Shown here: one piece after another, positions 48,970 to 62,808 of the stretch
Position numbering within the stretch: the stretch's first letter is position 1
Layout: every line of letters begins with the position of its first letter
From: Moniliella sp. 'wahieum'
Taxonomy: Eukaryota
NCBI GenBank assembly: GCA_003971905.1
Contig: RSEE01000005.1
Coordinates: 124,001-188,000 of the forward strand
DNA: 64,000 bases
Direction of reading: 5' to 3'
The notes under the pieces: model-generated
The model's database searches: none
What the model was told of the DNA's origin: nothing
The model's input: only the letters and a program-made list of their open reading frames with translations
Position numbers and translations under genes: made by a program

Positions 48970-49722
48970 TTAGTCATTCTTGCTTGGTGCCGCGCGCGCA
49001 GCAGGGGCGGGACCCGGCAAGGCCGACGACAACACGCGCCAGGAATCGTACATGAGCCCAGCTGGGACTACCACCCAAACAGTGTTCATCACGACGAGGT
49101 AGATCCAGAAGAGCAGAACGTCCGTTGCGGGAGGCAAGCTGGGACTGCCAATCAACCCTCGGGCGCGAACGTCATCTGGAGAAGAGGGGGCAGGTCAGGA
49201 ACCGTTCTGAGATCTGATGGGCAAAACACCCAGGTGACCGAGGCGTACGTACCGCATCCATAAATCTCTCCAGTACCAAGACCAAATTACAAAAGTGTGC
49301 TTGGCCCGTCTTGCCCCGCGCAAAGAGGTAGGCGGTGAGTAACGCCAAGGGTCCGGCGCCCGAGGACGGTGATGAGCTCAATCGATACCACACAGGGATC
49401 GGCATGCGCCCATCGGCTGTCTGCCCGAGCATAGTCGGACCACATGTGTGCGGTAAACCCGAGGGACCTCCATGGTTCAAGGAAGTGGCAACGGTACGCC
49501 CACCCAGACTCCAATAGACAAAGCTCGCCTCGAGAACAAGGTGGGTCAGCGCGTCAAAGCAGTACCACAGGCCGGCTAGTAGGCCCAGCGTGTCCGTTTC
49601 GTTCCACTTTGCGCAGCGATCCGGTCAAAGAACAAGTTCAACACCCAGCCCCCGATCACGAGGAGCACCACAAATGTCAGGCTACCCAGTGAGAGGGGCG
49701 AGATGAGGGGGACGTCGGCCAT
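48970..49722 (-). CDS. EBP/EXPERA family sterol isomerase-like membrane protein
   Basis: FDALTHLVLEASFVY, MWSDYARADSRWAHADPCVVSIELITV, FWIYLVVMNTVWVVVP. Confidence 0.88.
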
Positions 49723-50160
49723 GGCGCCAAAAAGGGTGTCGTCGATGACAGCGCCCAACAAAAGCGGCCAGACGATATCGCGAGGCATGGCACGCACGCG
49801 CGCATTTGGAATCCAGTAAATGTTCAATTTGTTTGATCTTTGATCCCTCCCCCACGTCGCCTCTTCCCTTCCTGTTAGGCTACCCTCTAATAAAACCTAC
49901 CTCTGATCTCCCTTCCTCTTTCCTGGCCACACATGCATTATGAAGGGGGCGTAGGATACATGAAACACCCACTTTTGAACACCAAGCCTCCTTCAGGCCC
50001 AACGTATCGGGTGAATCGCAAGGGGAAGGGAAGGGTATGCTTCGGCCGGGGGACCAAAGTGCCCAGTCAAGTTCGATCGAACGACTGGCGTAGTAGCAAG
50101 GGCGGACAACAAATGATTGCAGTAGGGAGCTTTGGAGCATGAGAGAAAATGTGCTACAGA

Positions 50161-51107
50161 TTATTCGTCGGGGAAGCGGAAGAGCGTGATCTCCTGCTGC
50201 TTAAAGTACCTTCTGTTCTCCTCGTCAATCAACACCAAGTTGAGATAGTAGCGCTCGAGAACTTTTTGTTCACGTCACGAACGTTGGCGTCAACTCAAAG
50301 CCTCCCAAGAAGAGGCGGATGGGAATCGTTTCTCCACGAACCGGTGCCCCATCCATAATCTCAAACTTGGTGATCGTCTCGCTCTCATTGTACTGGTTGG
50401 GCGCTGTCGAGGGGTTAATACAAAAACACGAAAGCAAAAAGGCACATCACGTACCCGTCCCTGTTGTCTCGCGGCGATGATGGAGAGTTCCATGTTCTTG
50501 ATCTTGATGCGGACCAGCAGGAAGTAGATCTTTCCGACAATGACGTCCTTGAGGTGGTACTTGGACTTGTTGTATTCAAATTCAATGTGGAGACAGTCCT
50601 CAATGCCCACCTCCATCTTGATGGGTGCATTGGACTCGGGAGGGACGAGGAACTGATGAACCCACACTCCTTCTCGTGCACCACGTCGGCCATCCTGCGC
50701 GATAGACGGTGGCTCGGAGAAGTAGCGGAGCTTGACATTGATACCGTTGTAGCTCTCAAATTGCTTTTCCACTTGCTTGAACTCAAACGGCAAGGGTAGG
50801 GTGACGAGGGCTTGACCTCGCCGGCACCTGAAAGTTGCTGAACGAGGGAGATGAACTCGTAGTGATTCCCTCGGTCGTGAGAAGCTCGAGAGAACCAATG
50901 AATTCAATCTTCACCCCTTCGTGAACAAGCTTCTTGCCGTCCTTGGCCCGGAGGATGACGACGCCCTTAACACTCTCCCCATCCACATAGACGGGACACC
51001 GCTCCGCCGTCCCGTGCGACCTTGACTTCGACACCGGGACGCTCCTCTTCGCCATCAAGCCGGACCTCGATGTCTACAGGCGCTCCAAAGCCAAAAAAGG
51101 ACGCCAT
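50161..51107 (-). CDS. VPS26: Retromer subunit Vps26
   Basis: [86 protein letters not shown]. Confidence 0.97.
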
Positions 51108-51506
51108 GGCAGCGAAGAGTTGTTGGTGGAGGTGCTGGTGGCGGTTGTGGGCTGGATTTGCAGCGCTTGTTGGGTGGTGTGGCAGTACCCCCACCTTGAT
51201 AACTCCACGACGCCGCGCTGGGTTGCTTGAGGCTGAGGTCAGCAGGAGAGGATCGTTGCAACTTTCAACATTCTAAGTTGCTCCTCTCGCCTCCCTTGGG
51301 ATACAGCGAAGAGCATTCCTCCATTTGCAATGGGAAAATACCCCGGGGGCGGGACTCCATCAATCTACGCTGGGAGGGACAAACATGTCGCGTCCTTCAT
51401 CGTCACCATGGCTAAGCGAGCCTGACCAATGTGGCATGGGCCCGATACCTGCCCCTATAGCTCCAATCACTCCAATAGAATTTTGGGATAATTGGCTCGG
51501 CTCCTT

Positions 51507-52335
51507 TCAGACCTTTGCCCGCTGCCTATTCCATTCAACCAGCTCGGCCAACGTCACCCCGGATCCGCCAAAGATGTCGAGCGCGGAACCAAATGTCAAG
51601 TCGACTGTACCGCGGACAGGCGATCAACGAGCTCCATGTCACCCACGTGCCGCGCACCCCCTGCATAGGTCACGCCAAACTCGGGGCGCTTCTTGTGGTA
51701 CTCAACCAGCCAGGCGCCTAACTTCGAGACCAGCTGCTCGTCAATCCCCCCACACCCTTCAACATCCGCAGCGTGAATGAGGAACTCGCTGCAGTGCTCA
51801 GCAAGGCGCGAGAGGCTTTCTCCTTCGATAGCTAGGTCGGTAAGGTCTTGCCACCGGTTCATCGCCACTCTCCACTCCGCCTCTTTGCCCGGCACACGGC
51901 GGCAGCTCAGGTCGACCACCAGCTTGTCCCGCCCCACAGCCTGTTCCAGGGCCAGCAGACGTTCCATGGAAAACCCTGCGCCAGGGAAGAGGTACGAAGT
52001 GACAATGACTTTGCCGGCGCGCGCATCTTGTGGCTGTCCACCCAGGCCGCTGCGTTTTCCAGTGTGATTCCACCCCCAACTTGGAGATGTAGGCCACGCA
52101 GCGAGCGCTCCTGGGCGCGCATCATTGCGGGGGCCGAGCTTGATGACGTGGCCACCTTCAAGCCCGTGCTGGGCATAGAGTCGCGCAAAGTGGGCTGGCG
52201 GTAAGGTGGATGTATGGTTGGTCTGCAGGGACTTGGAGGCCGTGTCGTCGCGCAGGGTGCCGCCTACAATCTGCTTGACCCCCGTCATGAAGATCGATGC
52301 AGGGGCGGAACAGGCTTGGCGGGTGGACTAGCCAT
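51507..52335 (-). CDS. HIS6: ProFAR isomerase (histidine biosynthesis, eukaryotic His6)
   Basis: RPCIDLHDG.VKQIVGGTL, GGHVIKLGP, LQVGGGITLENA, KVIVTSYLF, LVVDLSCRR, EFLIHAADVEG, VTYAGGA, DLTFGSALDIFGG. Confidence 0.96.
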
Positions 52336-52707
52336 AGCGGAAACGGCAAGAGAATGGTGGGGAGGGAACAAGTGATTGGCGTCGCCAACGCTTGTTAACT
52401 CCGTCACTTCTGCACTGTACTGGAGCGGTGGTGGTGTGTCCATCTTCCGCGAGAGAGAGAATCCGACAAGAAATCAAAAAGGAAAAAGAAATTCAAAATC
52501 CCTCCATGCCCGTTTAGTTACCGGTTACCCCTGTTGCGCGACCAGATGCCAATGATGAAATGAAACTTTGACGCCATCGTTGTCTTGTCGGTGATCGATG
52601 ATCATCGATCGCCGCTATCCCTCCAACCAGCTTGGGCGAAAAAAAAATCGTGCTGGGCTTGTCTGGCTCTCGACCACGACCGAACGACACGTACGCCAAC
52701 GCTTGCG

Positions 52708-54096
52708 ATGGAACCAGAGTACGAGAACAACGGCAACGCAGCTCAGGATCACGCCGAGCTGGAGGAGCAGGAGATGCTGCTCCTTTCCGGCCAGAGGATG
52801 TTGAGGAGGTGGTGGAGCTAGATGACGCCGAGCCCATGTCCGACGACGACGACGATGTGCCCCCCGCCTGGGGCTGGGGATCAAATGAATTCCCCGACAC
52901 GTCATTGCTGCGTTCCATGGCCATGGTGACAAGTCCATGTTCACTCTCTCGCTTCACCCTCGCTTCCCCTCGCCTCCTCTTGCCATTTCTGGTGGCGAGG
53001 ACGATGCGGCTGGATTTGGTCGACGTTTGATGGGACCACTAGTGCGGCTCAGTGGACACACCGACTCGGTGGTGGCTGCCGCATTCTCTTCCGACGGCAA
53101 GTTTGCCGCAACGGGTGGGATGGATGGTCAGGTGCGAGTGTGGTCGCAAGTAGGCGACTCGGTGGAGCGTTGGACGTTTGCTCATTCCTTTACGGGGCCC
53201 GATGAGGTGGTTTGGATCGCCTGGCATCCCACTGCCCCAATTCTTGCCGCGGGCGCGACCGATTCGACAGTGTGGATGTGGAACGTTCCGCGCGGTGGCC
53301 ACATGGGCACGTTTATTGGCCACACCGCAGCTGTCACCTGCGGCTGTTGGCTGCCTGATGGTACGTCCTTCCCCTTCGCACGAGCTAATGAAAAAGCTAA
53401 TCATTACCTGTCAGGTCGTCGGTTGGTGACCGCGTCCGAGGATGGATCGTTGATTGTATGGAACCCGCAGGTACAGTCTGCGCTCGCAAGTTGCAAGACA
53501 CGGACCCACGATTCAAGCTTCCCGGTGGTATCACCTCCCTCCGGGCCGCCGCCGAGAGTGGGACGGTAGTGGTGGGTTCGGCCACGGGGAGGTGAGGGTG
53601 GTGAGCCTTGCGCGAGCGGATGTGGAAGGTGTTTTGTCGGTCGTTGCCTCGCTCGAAGGCCACCTCCGGAGAGAGCGTGGAGGCATCCAATTCATTCACC
53701 TCGGTCTTGTTCCAGAAGGGGTGCAAACTCCTGCCTCGGGGCTGGTGACGGGAGCGTCGGATGGCCAAGTGCACATTTGGGATTTGACTACGGGCAAGGT
53801 GCGGACCACTGTCTCTCATGAGGACTCGATCACCTCCATCGCGGTGCATGGGGCGACGCCATACTTTACAACAACGGCCATGGACGGCCAGTCAAGACGT
53901 GGGATGCGCGGTCAGGCGAGCAGCTGGCGGCACACCTGGGCTTTACGGCAGGCGTGCTGGCTGTGGCGGTGGGGCGGGACGATGGCTTGACACAGGGCGC
54001 CGACACAGGGGTGTGGGTGCGTATGCTACGCCTGGCCACGGATGGAAGGTCATCGCCGGTGGCGACGAGGGGGTGGGTCTGGTGTTCCGCTTCTAA
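52708..54096 (+). CDS. SQT1: WD40 ribosome-assembly chaperone, Sqt1/AAMP-like
   Basis: Acidic N-terminus, then WD repeats: PPLAISGGEDD, GHTDSVVAAAFSSDGKFAATGGMDGQVRVW, EVVWIAWHP, AAGATDSTVWMW; ends IAGGDEGVGLVFRF*. Confidence 0.85.
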
Positions 54097-54350
54097 GAGG
54101 CGGGAAATGGCATGCTCGCATCAAAGGAAATGGGGGTTAGAAGTGTGGGTGGCTCATAATCGGTTCGTAGCAGTAGCCCCTCTGCCTGTTGGAAGCAGCA
54201 GAGCGCCACACAACCCTACCCTGCACATTGGGTAATGTTGAAAGTTGAAGCCGCAGAGGCGCAGAGGCGGTCCGGGGGAGATGGGCGGCTCCACCTCAGC
54301 CTCTCCTTGCCCGCTTCTCTGCCCCTCGCCGCCTCGCCCGCAGGACCAGG

Positions 54351-55557
54351 ATGAACAAGTTCAGCAACCTCCCTGACATCGACACTGCCCCCGACGTGTA
54401 CGAGACGGAGGATGTGCCATCGGTCCTGAGCCTCCTCTCCACGAACCCGCCCTGCCTGCTGGCATCAATGCCCTCCATATTTCGCCCGCTCAGGCCGCAT
54501 CTGCTTTCGGCAAGCCGCTGGGGCCCAAGTGACTTTAGCGGTACGCTGCGGACCCGAGAACGGGTCGAGTGCGGCCTGCGGTCGCGGTACCACCCCCGGG
54601 CAGCAAGGCACGTCGCATTGCTCGCTTACGCGCCGAAATTGACACTCTCGCTCGGGACGGCGATGGAGACGAAGACGAAAAGGAGCTCGAGGCGCTGTAC
54701 CGGGCTCTTGCCCGAGCGGAAGGGAAGTCTGCCTCGCACCGGTTACCTCGACCATCCGAACTCCCTGTTGGGAAACAGCAAAGTTGGAACCAGCGCACCC
54801 AACAGTTGCTCAACTCGGTCGCCCAAACCCCCACGCCTCCTCCTGCCGTGCATCCACCTGCCCATGCAAGCCACCAAACGGTGGAGGCAAGTCAAATAGA
54901 GGCTCAACTTACTCAGCTCGAGCGCGCTGTAGGTAGTACCCCTGGGAACGTATCGGTTGAGGGCTTTGGTCCTGCTCTGTCCGTGGGCGAAGGACTGGCC
55001 CCCACACTCGACAAGATTGAGCACTGGCTCACGCTCCTGTCCCAGCCCAAGCACACCGATGCGGTGGTACGCCGGATCAAAGTTCTCAGCACCGAACTGG
55101 ACCGGGTACATGAGGCTAGCCGCCGCTCTGCCCCTTTGGCCGGGTCGCTCGGCCCGCCCCTGTAGGCAGTGCAATGGCTACGGGTGTCCCACGCGGTAAT
55201 TTGGCCCACAGCGTGCAGGCGACTGACGGTTCGGCTAAGCCTCTTGCCGAGGGTCCAGAGGCGGCAACGCAGCCGCCCAGGTGGCGCGCCTATGGCGTGT
55301 TCAGAGTGCCCTTGAGCCCATTCTGCCCATTTCAGCACCACTGTTGACGCGCATGCGTGCCTTGGCTGCCCTTCATGACCAAGCAGCCACCTTTGCCCCG
55401 CGCCTGGCCGGGGTCAAGTCGAAGCGGACCGACTGGCCAAGCGCAGCAGGCTACCGCTCGTCCCTCGCGGAAGCGAACAAGGAGGGCGGCTTTGCTGAGC
55501 AAGATGGATGAGTTGGCCAGCTTGGATCAACGTCTAAGCTCCTTTCTGCTCAGTTGA
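54351..55557 (+). CDS. DCTN2: Dynactin p50/dynamitin
   Basis: MNKFSNLPDIDTAPDVYETED; RIARLRAEI; LLSQPKHTDAVVRRIKVLSTELDR; PLLTRMRALAALHDQAATF. Confidence 0.88.
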
Positions 55558-55850
55558 ACCAATGGGAGGGGAGGAGTGCCGCATCTCCTGCCGTCGCTGA
55601 GCCAGCCGAAGGACAAGTGGTGTACGAATAGATCGATCTAAGAGCGTAGCATACGCCTTGTTGATGGATCCCTTCATCCTGTAGCCTCGCAGAACGTGCT
55701 GTCGATCGAAGCATATATACATGCTGCGGGACGAACCACACTCCGCAGCCAACATGGACATGCAGGCATCACCACTGGAGAAATATATTTGTCTACCAAA
55801 CCGAGCACGCAGTCGTACTCATTGCCAGTGACAGGGCAAAGCACCAAGCG

Positions 55851-58800
55851 CTAGGTCGCAAGGGAACGCACCAGCGAAGCCACATACGTCCGTGGCACCT
55901 TGATCACCAATCCGCGCTTGCCATTTGGCGCCAGCTCACGCAGCAAGCGCGTTTGATCGGCCTCTGACAGGGACAGGAAACGCTTCAGCAACGTGTAGTC
56001 CAACACGCCCGTAGGACTCGGGTTCGGGTAGCGCCACTGGGCATACGTCTTGTTACCCACGGACGGCAGCTGGGCTAGCGCATATTCCACTGCGCGCAGC
56101 AGCGCCGTCGCTTCGCCATCCACTTTGCTCAGCATGCCCAGCGCCCGCCGGCGGTGGTGGAAAACAGGGTCAAGGCTCTGGTTCTATCCACTCCAGCGGG
56201 GCATGCGCCTGAGGACCGAGCTTGCGCAGTTGTTTGCGCTTGGCATGGGCACCTTGCAGCTCAATTTGGAGGCGGGAAAGGGTTCCGGTCAAAGTGTCAA
56301 CTTGCATCTCATCCACGTCCATGTCACCCAGTGCAAACTGGGCCGGGCGCGGTAAGCAGGGCTTGGAGATGAAGGAAACAGGAAGGTCTATTGTAGCATG
56401 CACACGTCAGTTCTCTGCTCAATGGGTCCTCTCAGGTGGCCAAAGTACGTACCCGAACAAAGGTGTTGACCACGTCGCCGTAGTTAAATCGGGAGACGCG
56501 CTGCACCTTGTTATCGAACACCATGTTCTCCTCCAACGAACGCTGGCCGCGGGTCTGCCAGCTGTTGTACTCATATGTGTGTCCTCGGCACAAAGGGACT
56601 TTCTCAAACTTGGCTTTTAGGGGGCGATGCGAGAGCAATAGATTCCCTCAGCATCCGAGGAAACGTACGTCTGCGAGAACAAGTCGGCGTGGCTCACCGC
56701 ATTGGTCCATGTGGGCTGGGCATCGGTCGTTTCTTGGCGCAGGAACCTGCCTTCTCCACCCGCACCACCGTCAACGACCGCATTGCGTCCCCTACCAACA
56801 GAGCCGTCGTGTCTGACTCCATCTCGTCGGGAGTATGGTCCTCACCGCAGCTTCCGCCCGAGGCTTCCGAATGCGCGTCGACATCGTCCCACGCCGGATC
56901 GTCCGGGTCGTCGTCCGCAAAAGAGGCCAGTTCTCTCGCATGGCATCCGCCCGCAAGGAGACGTTTGTATCGCCGCTCGGCCGCTCCGACGCGGTCATAA
57001 TGGACGACATCGGGGGCCTTGTCGGTAGATTTGAATCGCCTGGTGGTATAAATGGGGGAAAGGCTGGTGGCCAGATAAGACGAAAAGAATTCCCCCCGCA
57101 AGAAGGTCTTCTTGCCTTCAGGGCCATCACAAACCAAGAACGAGCTAACGACGCTGTTGTGCGCGACCAACAGGTTTGTTCCTTCTTGCGTCATGGCAAA
57201 TACGTTTCCCATGATTTCTGTACTGAACACGGAGGGTCCCTCCCAATTGGGACCTTTGAAGGAAAGAAGGTGGAGCCGGCCCTCGGTCACTTCGGTTTGA
57301 TGCGGGCGCATAAGGCCGGTGCCCACCACCAGATACACTTCGCCGTTGTCGCGTCTGAAACGCAAAATGGCATTGGGCCGTTCCAGCGGCGCAAGGGAAT
57401 CACCGTCGAGGGGATCGCAATGTCACCATACTCATTGGGAAGGAACAAACGCACGCTGCCATGAGGCCCCTTTGGAGGGGGCCTGAACGGCCTGTCCGAT
57501 CCCTTGTGGATGAGGTTGGGGTCACCCTCGAGCGGTGGGTTTTCAGTTCGCGAGCCAAAGCGGAGGAACGGCCAGGTGCCGACAACCAGCCCTTCGGGGG
57601 TTTCCTTAATACACACTGGTTGATTGTCGCCTAATGGCAACGTGTGCACGCTCCATGGCTCCACATTGCCCCACCGCACGAAGGAACAGCATTGGCTGGT
57701 AAAGATCGCTGCCACTGGATCAGCCTCGTTCGACACCAGCGTAGCATAGTCGGCGTCGCAATCGACCACGTGGACATTGAGTGCCGGCACCCCTGTCCAG
57801 CCTTGGTCGTTCACCGTAGGAGGGTGCGAGGCCAGCGTGAGCATATTTGGGCGCGTTTCGGGTTGACCGACAAAAACTCCACTCTTCCCATCTGGAAGGG
57901 CGATCGAGCTCAGGTGGACCTCACACTTGCTGATTGGGACCGAGGTCCAGTAAGCACTTGCTTCCTCCAAGCAGGGGAAAGCCAGGTGCAGCGGGGCGTA
58001 GTGCACCGTCCCATCCGGCCCGGCAGTGAGGAGGACAAGACCTTTTCCATCCTGAAACGGGTGTAGCAGCAGGCTTGTTGGCCGCACGGGTGTATAGTCC
58101 ATCTTAAAGTCAAACTCCACATCATACACGCGGATACGTGAAGGTGGAGCAAGGAAAAAGTCACGAACGTGGGGCGGCGTCCTGTCCTCGCCCGCAAAGT
58201 TGGTGATCTTTACTTGTTCCGTCTCCGCCCAGGTGCCGAGAACCACCAGCCCCTCTTCTTGCCTGGAGGAGAGAGAGCGAGGGCACTGACTGGAGCAGAG
58301 GTAAAGGAGGCCACTGGGGTAAAGCCCTCTTGCTTAGTCCACGTCAGAGTCTGCACCTGGGATTCATAATGCCCAAAGGCACCGCTTGAGGCCAACACGA
58401 TCCGCCCATCTTCACTGACTGCAGCAACAGAGACGAACACATGCGAGCCAAAGGGCATGCAGCTGTCCACCACCGCTTGCTTTCGCTCTGTAATGCTGGC
58501 CAGGTCCACGACGCAGATCAGCGTCCGAGTCACTAGCATGGCTAAACGGCGGTCGGGGTGATCAGGACTCGCTTGCAACTGGACAACCGTGAGGAAGGGA
58601 TCGGTCCCCAAAGGTCCCATGGACGGAGTCAAGTTCAATGGCTTCGCCCCCGGGCGAAGGAGGAACCAGGTGGCAAACCCTTGAGTGTTGCGCACGAGAA
58701 TCTTATGCTCGCCCGATGGATGCAAGAGCCACTGCTGCTTACTCGGTTGGTTGGGGAAGTCCACTTTGTAAAAAGGGAGGACCGAAAGGCCACGCCGGAT

Positions 58801-60459
58801 GGTACGAATGGACCCGGACGATTCCGTTCCTGAGGCGGTGATGATCCGCTCGGTGCCAGTACCCGTGCGAGAGCCTGGGCCTTTGCCGACGGGAATTTCT
58901 CGGGGCCCCGCCACCGTCATATCGATCACGGGGCCAATCTGGGGCCAGCGCTGCACTACTGTGCACGTATACTTCTCGAGAGAAGGGTTAGCCTTTTGCC
59001 TCCCCTTTGATGCAGGTTGAGTTGCAGGAGGTGCAATCGCAAGCTGCAACACCAACATCCCCCGATGAGGAAGCAATGTGGACGTATCCGTCTCCCAAAT
59101 GCGTAAGGCCATCGGGGCCAGAGGGTTTGCTCGCACTTCCTGCCCATGTGACGTCCATCGAACGTACTGGCCCGCGTTCATAGAAGGCGGATAACATAAA
59201 GGTCTCCCGCATGAGTGGAGAAGACAACGTGCCCTGGAGCGCTCCCCAGGTCAAGCGGAGTAGCAGCAACGACCTGCGCTGGAGAGCTGAGGACTACCTT
59301 GATCACCTCTGGCTTTTGCTGGCTGCCACCAGGAGGATTTTTCGCTTTCCCACCCCGTTTCCCCTTCCCTGTGCAGGAGGAGAGGAATATCCCTCGGGAG
59401 GCGACACGTATAACACTGCCGATTCCGTAAATACTGCAACTCACCTCCCATTTCAGGTGGGAGGGATAGGACCAAGTGGGCGGTCAGCGCTTCATAGCGG
59501 TCCAGAGGTACATGCGCATCATTCCAGGCAATTTGTTCGGGGTCCAGCGGGGCAGGTTTTTTGCCCTTGTTCTGCTGGGACTGGCGCCATTCTTTGGCTT
59601 GAAATTGGCCATTAGTACCTCCATGGGTCGGACGGGTTGGGGGGGGACTCCTCGAGCACGCCACCCCAGCGTTCAGGAACAACAACGGCGCTCGCATCTT
59701 TTGTGGACTTTCCTTCCTGTAGACGAAGAGTGATGAAGAAAAGGACAGTCATGCCTTGTGGTCCAGTGCCAATGGGATCGTCCGCAACGCGAGTGGAGGT
59801 GCCAAGCACTGCGTACATTGCCGGTTCTTCCAGAGAGGAGCGGTAGAGGGGGTAATAGAAATCACGTCCGCATGGGAAAAGGGGAACTCGATTTTGCCTT
59901 CGGGTCCCAGTAATCGGTCGGATCCCAGTTGGAGCGGCAAGAAGCGCAAGATGCGCGATCGCGTGTAGACGGCCACGTGGGCATGGGCACGAGCGGCATT
60001 TCCACCACGCAAGGAACCAAGGTTCTTGTCGATCCACATGCCCATCCCCGATGGCGCCGGTACCGACGAGGCAAGGCTGAGGTCCACATTGGCTTGGACG
60101 TTGAACCGGTAACCAGTAGGCAGTTCCGCCCGCTCGGCTGTTACGACCAATAGATGCTCCTGCCCTGGGTCGACGAGGAGAAGCAGAGCGCTGGTGGTCA
60201 TGCCGGGGCCCAAGACCGGACGGATGGAGATAATGGAACCAACGACAGGGATTGCCGCGACAAGGGAGAGAAAGCGCAGGGTAGGGTCGGCGGCGGTAGT
60301 GGGGCCGGGACGGGTGGACAGAGCATCGGGCAGGGCGAGCAGGTCAATCTGACCCTTTTTAGCCACGGCCAGGACGGCGGGGCGGCCGGGGAGGAAGTCG
60401 AGAGCGACGGCGGACGCATGCGCCGCCTGGGACTCGAACACATCCGCTACCACGAACAT
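55851..60459 (-). CDS. DDB1: DDB1-family triple beta-propeller protein (divergent)
   Basis: IGPVIDMTV...IITASGTESSGSIRTIRRG, YLVVGTG..P...EVTEGRLHL, LLVGDAMRSLTVV, SRFNYGDVVNTF, GVLDYTLLKRFLSL all match DDB1/CPSF_A family motifs. Confidence 0.78.
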
Positions 60460-60688
60460 GGCGGGTGGGTGGGGGAAGGAGACGCGCGACGGTGGAGACG
60501 CAAGATGGGCGAGTGTACTTTCTGCTTTGGCAAGTGTCCAGTCTGGCGTGTGACGCGGAAAGGCGAAGACTGATTACGTATTACGTCAACACAGCTGGAT
60601 GGCGGGCGTCTGTGCTGGGGCCATATTGGAGGCGGATGGATATTGGATAGGCTTTATCGCGCTCCCTCGCTCCTCCTGGCCCACCACC

Positions 60689-61217
60689 ATGTCCACCACC
60701 GTCGACATCCCCGAGTCGGTCAAGGCTGAGCTGAAGAAGTTTCGCTACCGCAAAGCCAGTGCTGGCGATACCGCTGTGGTGCTCAAGATCGACAAGAAGA
60801 CGCTCACGCTCGACATTGATGACACACTGGATGGTGTGACGCCGGACGAGCTCGCGGAGGAGCTGCCCGAGGTACGTTTTCCGTCTGGCGCACTAACTGC
60901 CAACACTGACCATATCAAAGAACTCACCGCGCTTTGTCGTGTACTCTTACAAACTCAACCACAAGGACGGACGGGCGCGTATCCTTTGTATGTCCTATTT
61001 CCCTGGTTGCCTCATGAAGCATAGCTGACGCCAAGCAGCCTCTGGTGCTGATCAACTGGCAACCGACCACGTCGCCTGTGGCACTGTCGACGCTGTACGC
61101 ATCGGCCTTATCCCAGTTTGCGACTACGTCTGACGTTCACAAGTTGTGATGTACGTGGGGAAGAAGACGCCGAGTGCTGCTGACGAAAGAGGGGTTGGAC
61201 CAGAAATGGGGGCGTAA
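60689..61217 (+). CDS. AIM7: Glia maturation factor (ADF-H domain, Aim7-like), two introns
   Basis: VDIPESVKAELKKFR, DELAEELPE|NSPRFVVYSYKLNHKDGR, PLVLINWQP, STLYASAL. Confidence 0.9.
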
Positions 61218-61342
61218 AGGGCAATCTACAGCACAACCGTTCGTTGTTATTTCTCAGATTAGAAGGGGGCAGAGTGTGCATTTACATTTGCGACCTCTGC
61301 CCGGCCAGGGAAAGCGGAAGAAGAAAGGTATGACGTTATGTC

Positions 61343-62371
61343 TTAGGGAGCCTGAAGCGCTGTCCCCATCAGTCGGGTTAGTAAAAGCCAAAAAGGGGAA
61401 GGAATGACGCACCCAATTCAAGGTACTGTTGGTACGACAGCGTTGCTGAGCCGCGCCGCTCAGGATCGTACTTCTGGAAGCCCTGGGTAAGGGAGCGGAT
61501 GGCGACGCACGTGCGAACAAAATGATCAAAAGTGATGCCCTGCTGGGCCGAGGCGCCAGCCGGTCCATTCTTCGCGTACTTGGCCACAACCAGGTGCAGC
61601 AGCTGCGGCGAGAGGAAGAAGCCAAATTTGTTCAACGCATTGCCCAGCTCGGCCTGGTCGATAACCCCACTGCCATCGCGGTCCGACTGGCGGAAAATAG
61701 CTTGCCATTGTTCGATATACCTGCGTCCGAGTCGTGGTTAGCCAGCTTCGAACGAGGCAAGAAGGGAGAGGGTACATACTGGAAAAGGCTGACAAACTCT
61801 TGGAACGACAGCACCCCCGACCGATCCGCATCGTGCATCGACAGGAGAAGCTTGACCGTATCCAGGTCAAACGGGCTCCAGTCACCATTGACAAGCGCCT
61901 GCTGCAGCTCCACCGCGCCAATCGTCCCACTGTGGTCTCGATCGACTGCAGAAAACCAGCCCCTGCGACGAGTCAGCTGGGTGGCACAAGAGAAGAACAG
62001 GCAATAGCGATAGGACATACCAGAGCTTAGGGTCGGCACCGGGAGGAGGACCGGACTGCGCATTAAACACCTGCGGCCGACCGGCTGGAGGAGAAAGGTG
62101 GGTTAGGGCCCAGCATACCGCACTCGTTCGCGGAGCGTGTACAAGAGTTGAACTTACCACCATAGCCTGGAGGGGCTCCATAGCCTTGAGATTGCGAAGG
62201 AGCGCCATAGCCTTGCTGTTGCGGGGCGCCATAGCCCTGCTGCTGTGGAGCACCATAGCCCTGCTGCTGTGGAGCACCATAGCCCTGCTGCTGTGGGGCG
62301 CCATATCCCTGCTGCGGCGCACCGCCATAGCCGCCGTATCCTTGAGGAGCACCGTAACCGCCGTAGCTCAT
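61343..62371 (-). CDS. PEF1: Penta-EF-hand Ca2+-binding protein (peflin/ALG-2-like), several introns
   Basis: GYGAPQQQ-repeat N-terminus; WFSAVDRDHSGTIGAVELQQALVNGDWSPFD, DADRSGVLSFQEF, ITFDHFVRTCVAIRSLTQGF. Confidence 0.93.
62199..62325. repeat. Coding tandem repeat of ~24-nt units (GYGAPQQQ), about five copies
   Basis: ccatagccctgctgctgtggagca-like units; translation in ORF 62063..62560. Confidence 0.92.
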
Positions 62372-62808
62372 GAGGAATGAAGGCAATTGGTGGCGGGCGG
62401 AGTGGTAGGCAACAAACACCTCAAAGCAGAAGGGCTGCGCTGGTTTCCGCGGGAGGCTGTGGGGCTCTGCCGCCTTCTCCTGTTCATCAACCAGCGCCAA
62501 GGCTGAGCTCAGCACCTCTCCTGCCGCCCCACCTGTCGCACCACATGTCCCAGTGATCAATGATCGACGAATCGATGATGCCTGGCTACCTCCTGACTAG
62601 TTGACACATACGAAACTGTCCACGTGATGGAAGCACGTGACTGGATGTCATTTCTGAATCTGATTTCGGATTTCTGCGTGATCTGCAATCTCTCGTTGAA
62701 TTTGTTCGAGATCAACGCTCTGGAGGACGCGAGATGGTGTATGGCTGTGGGGTGGCAGCTGGCAGGCAGGCATGTCTACTGCTCTACCGGAAAATACCCC
62801 CTCGCGCT

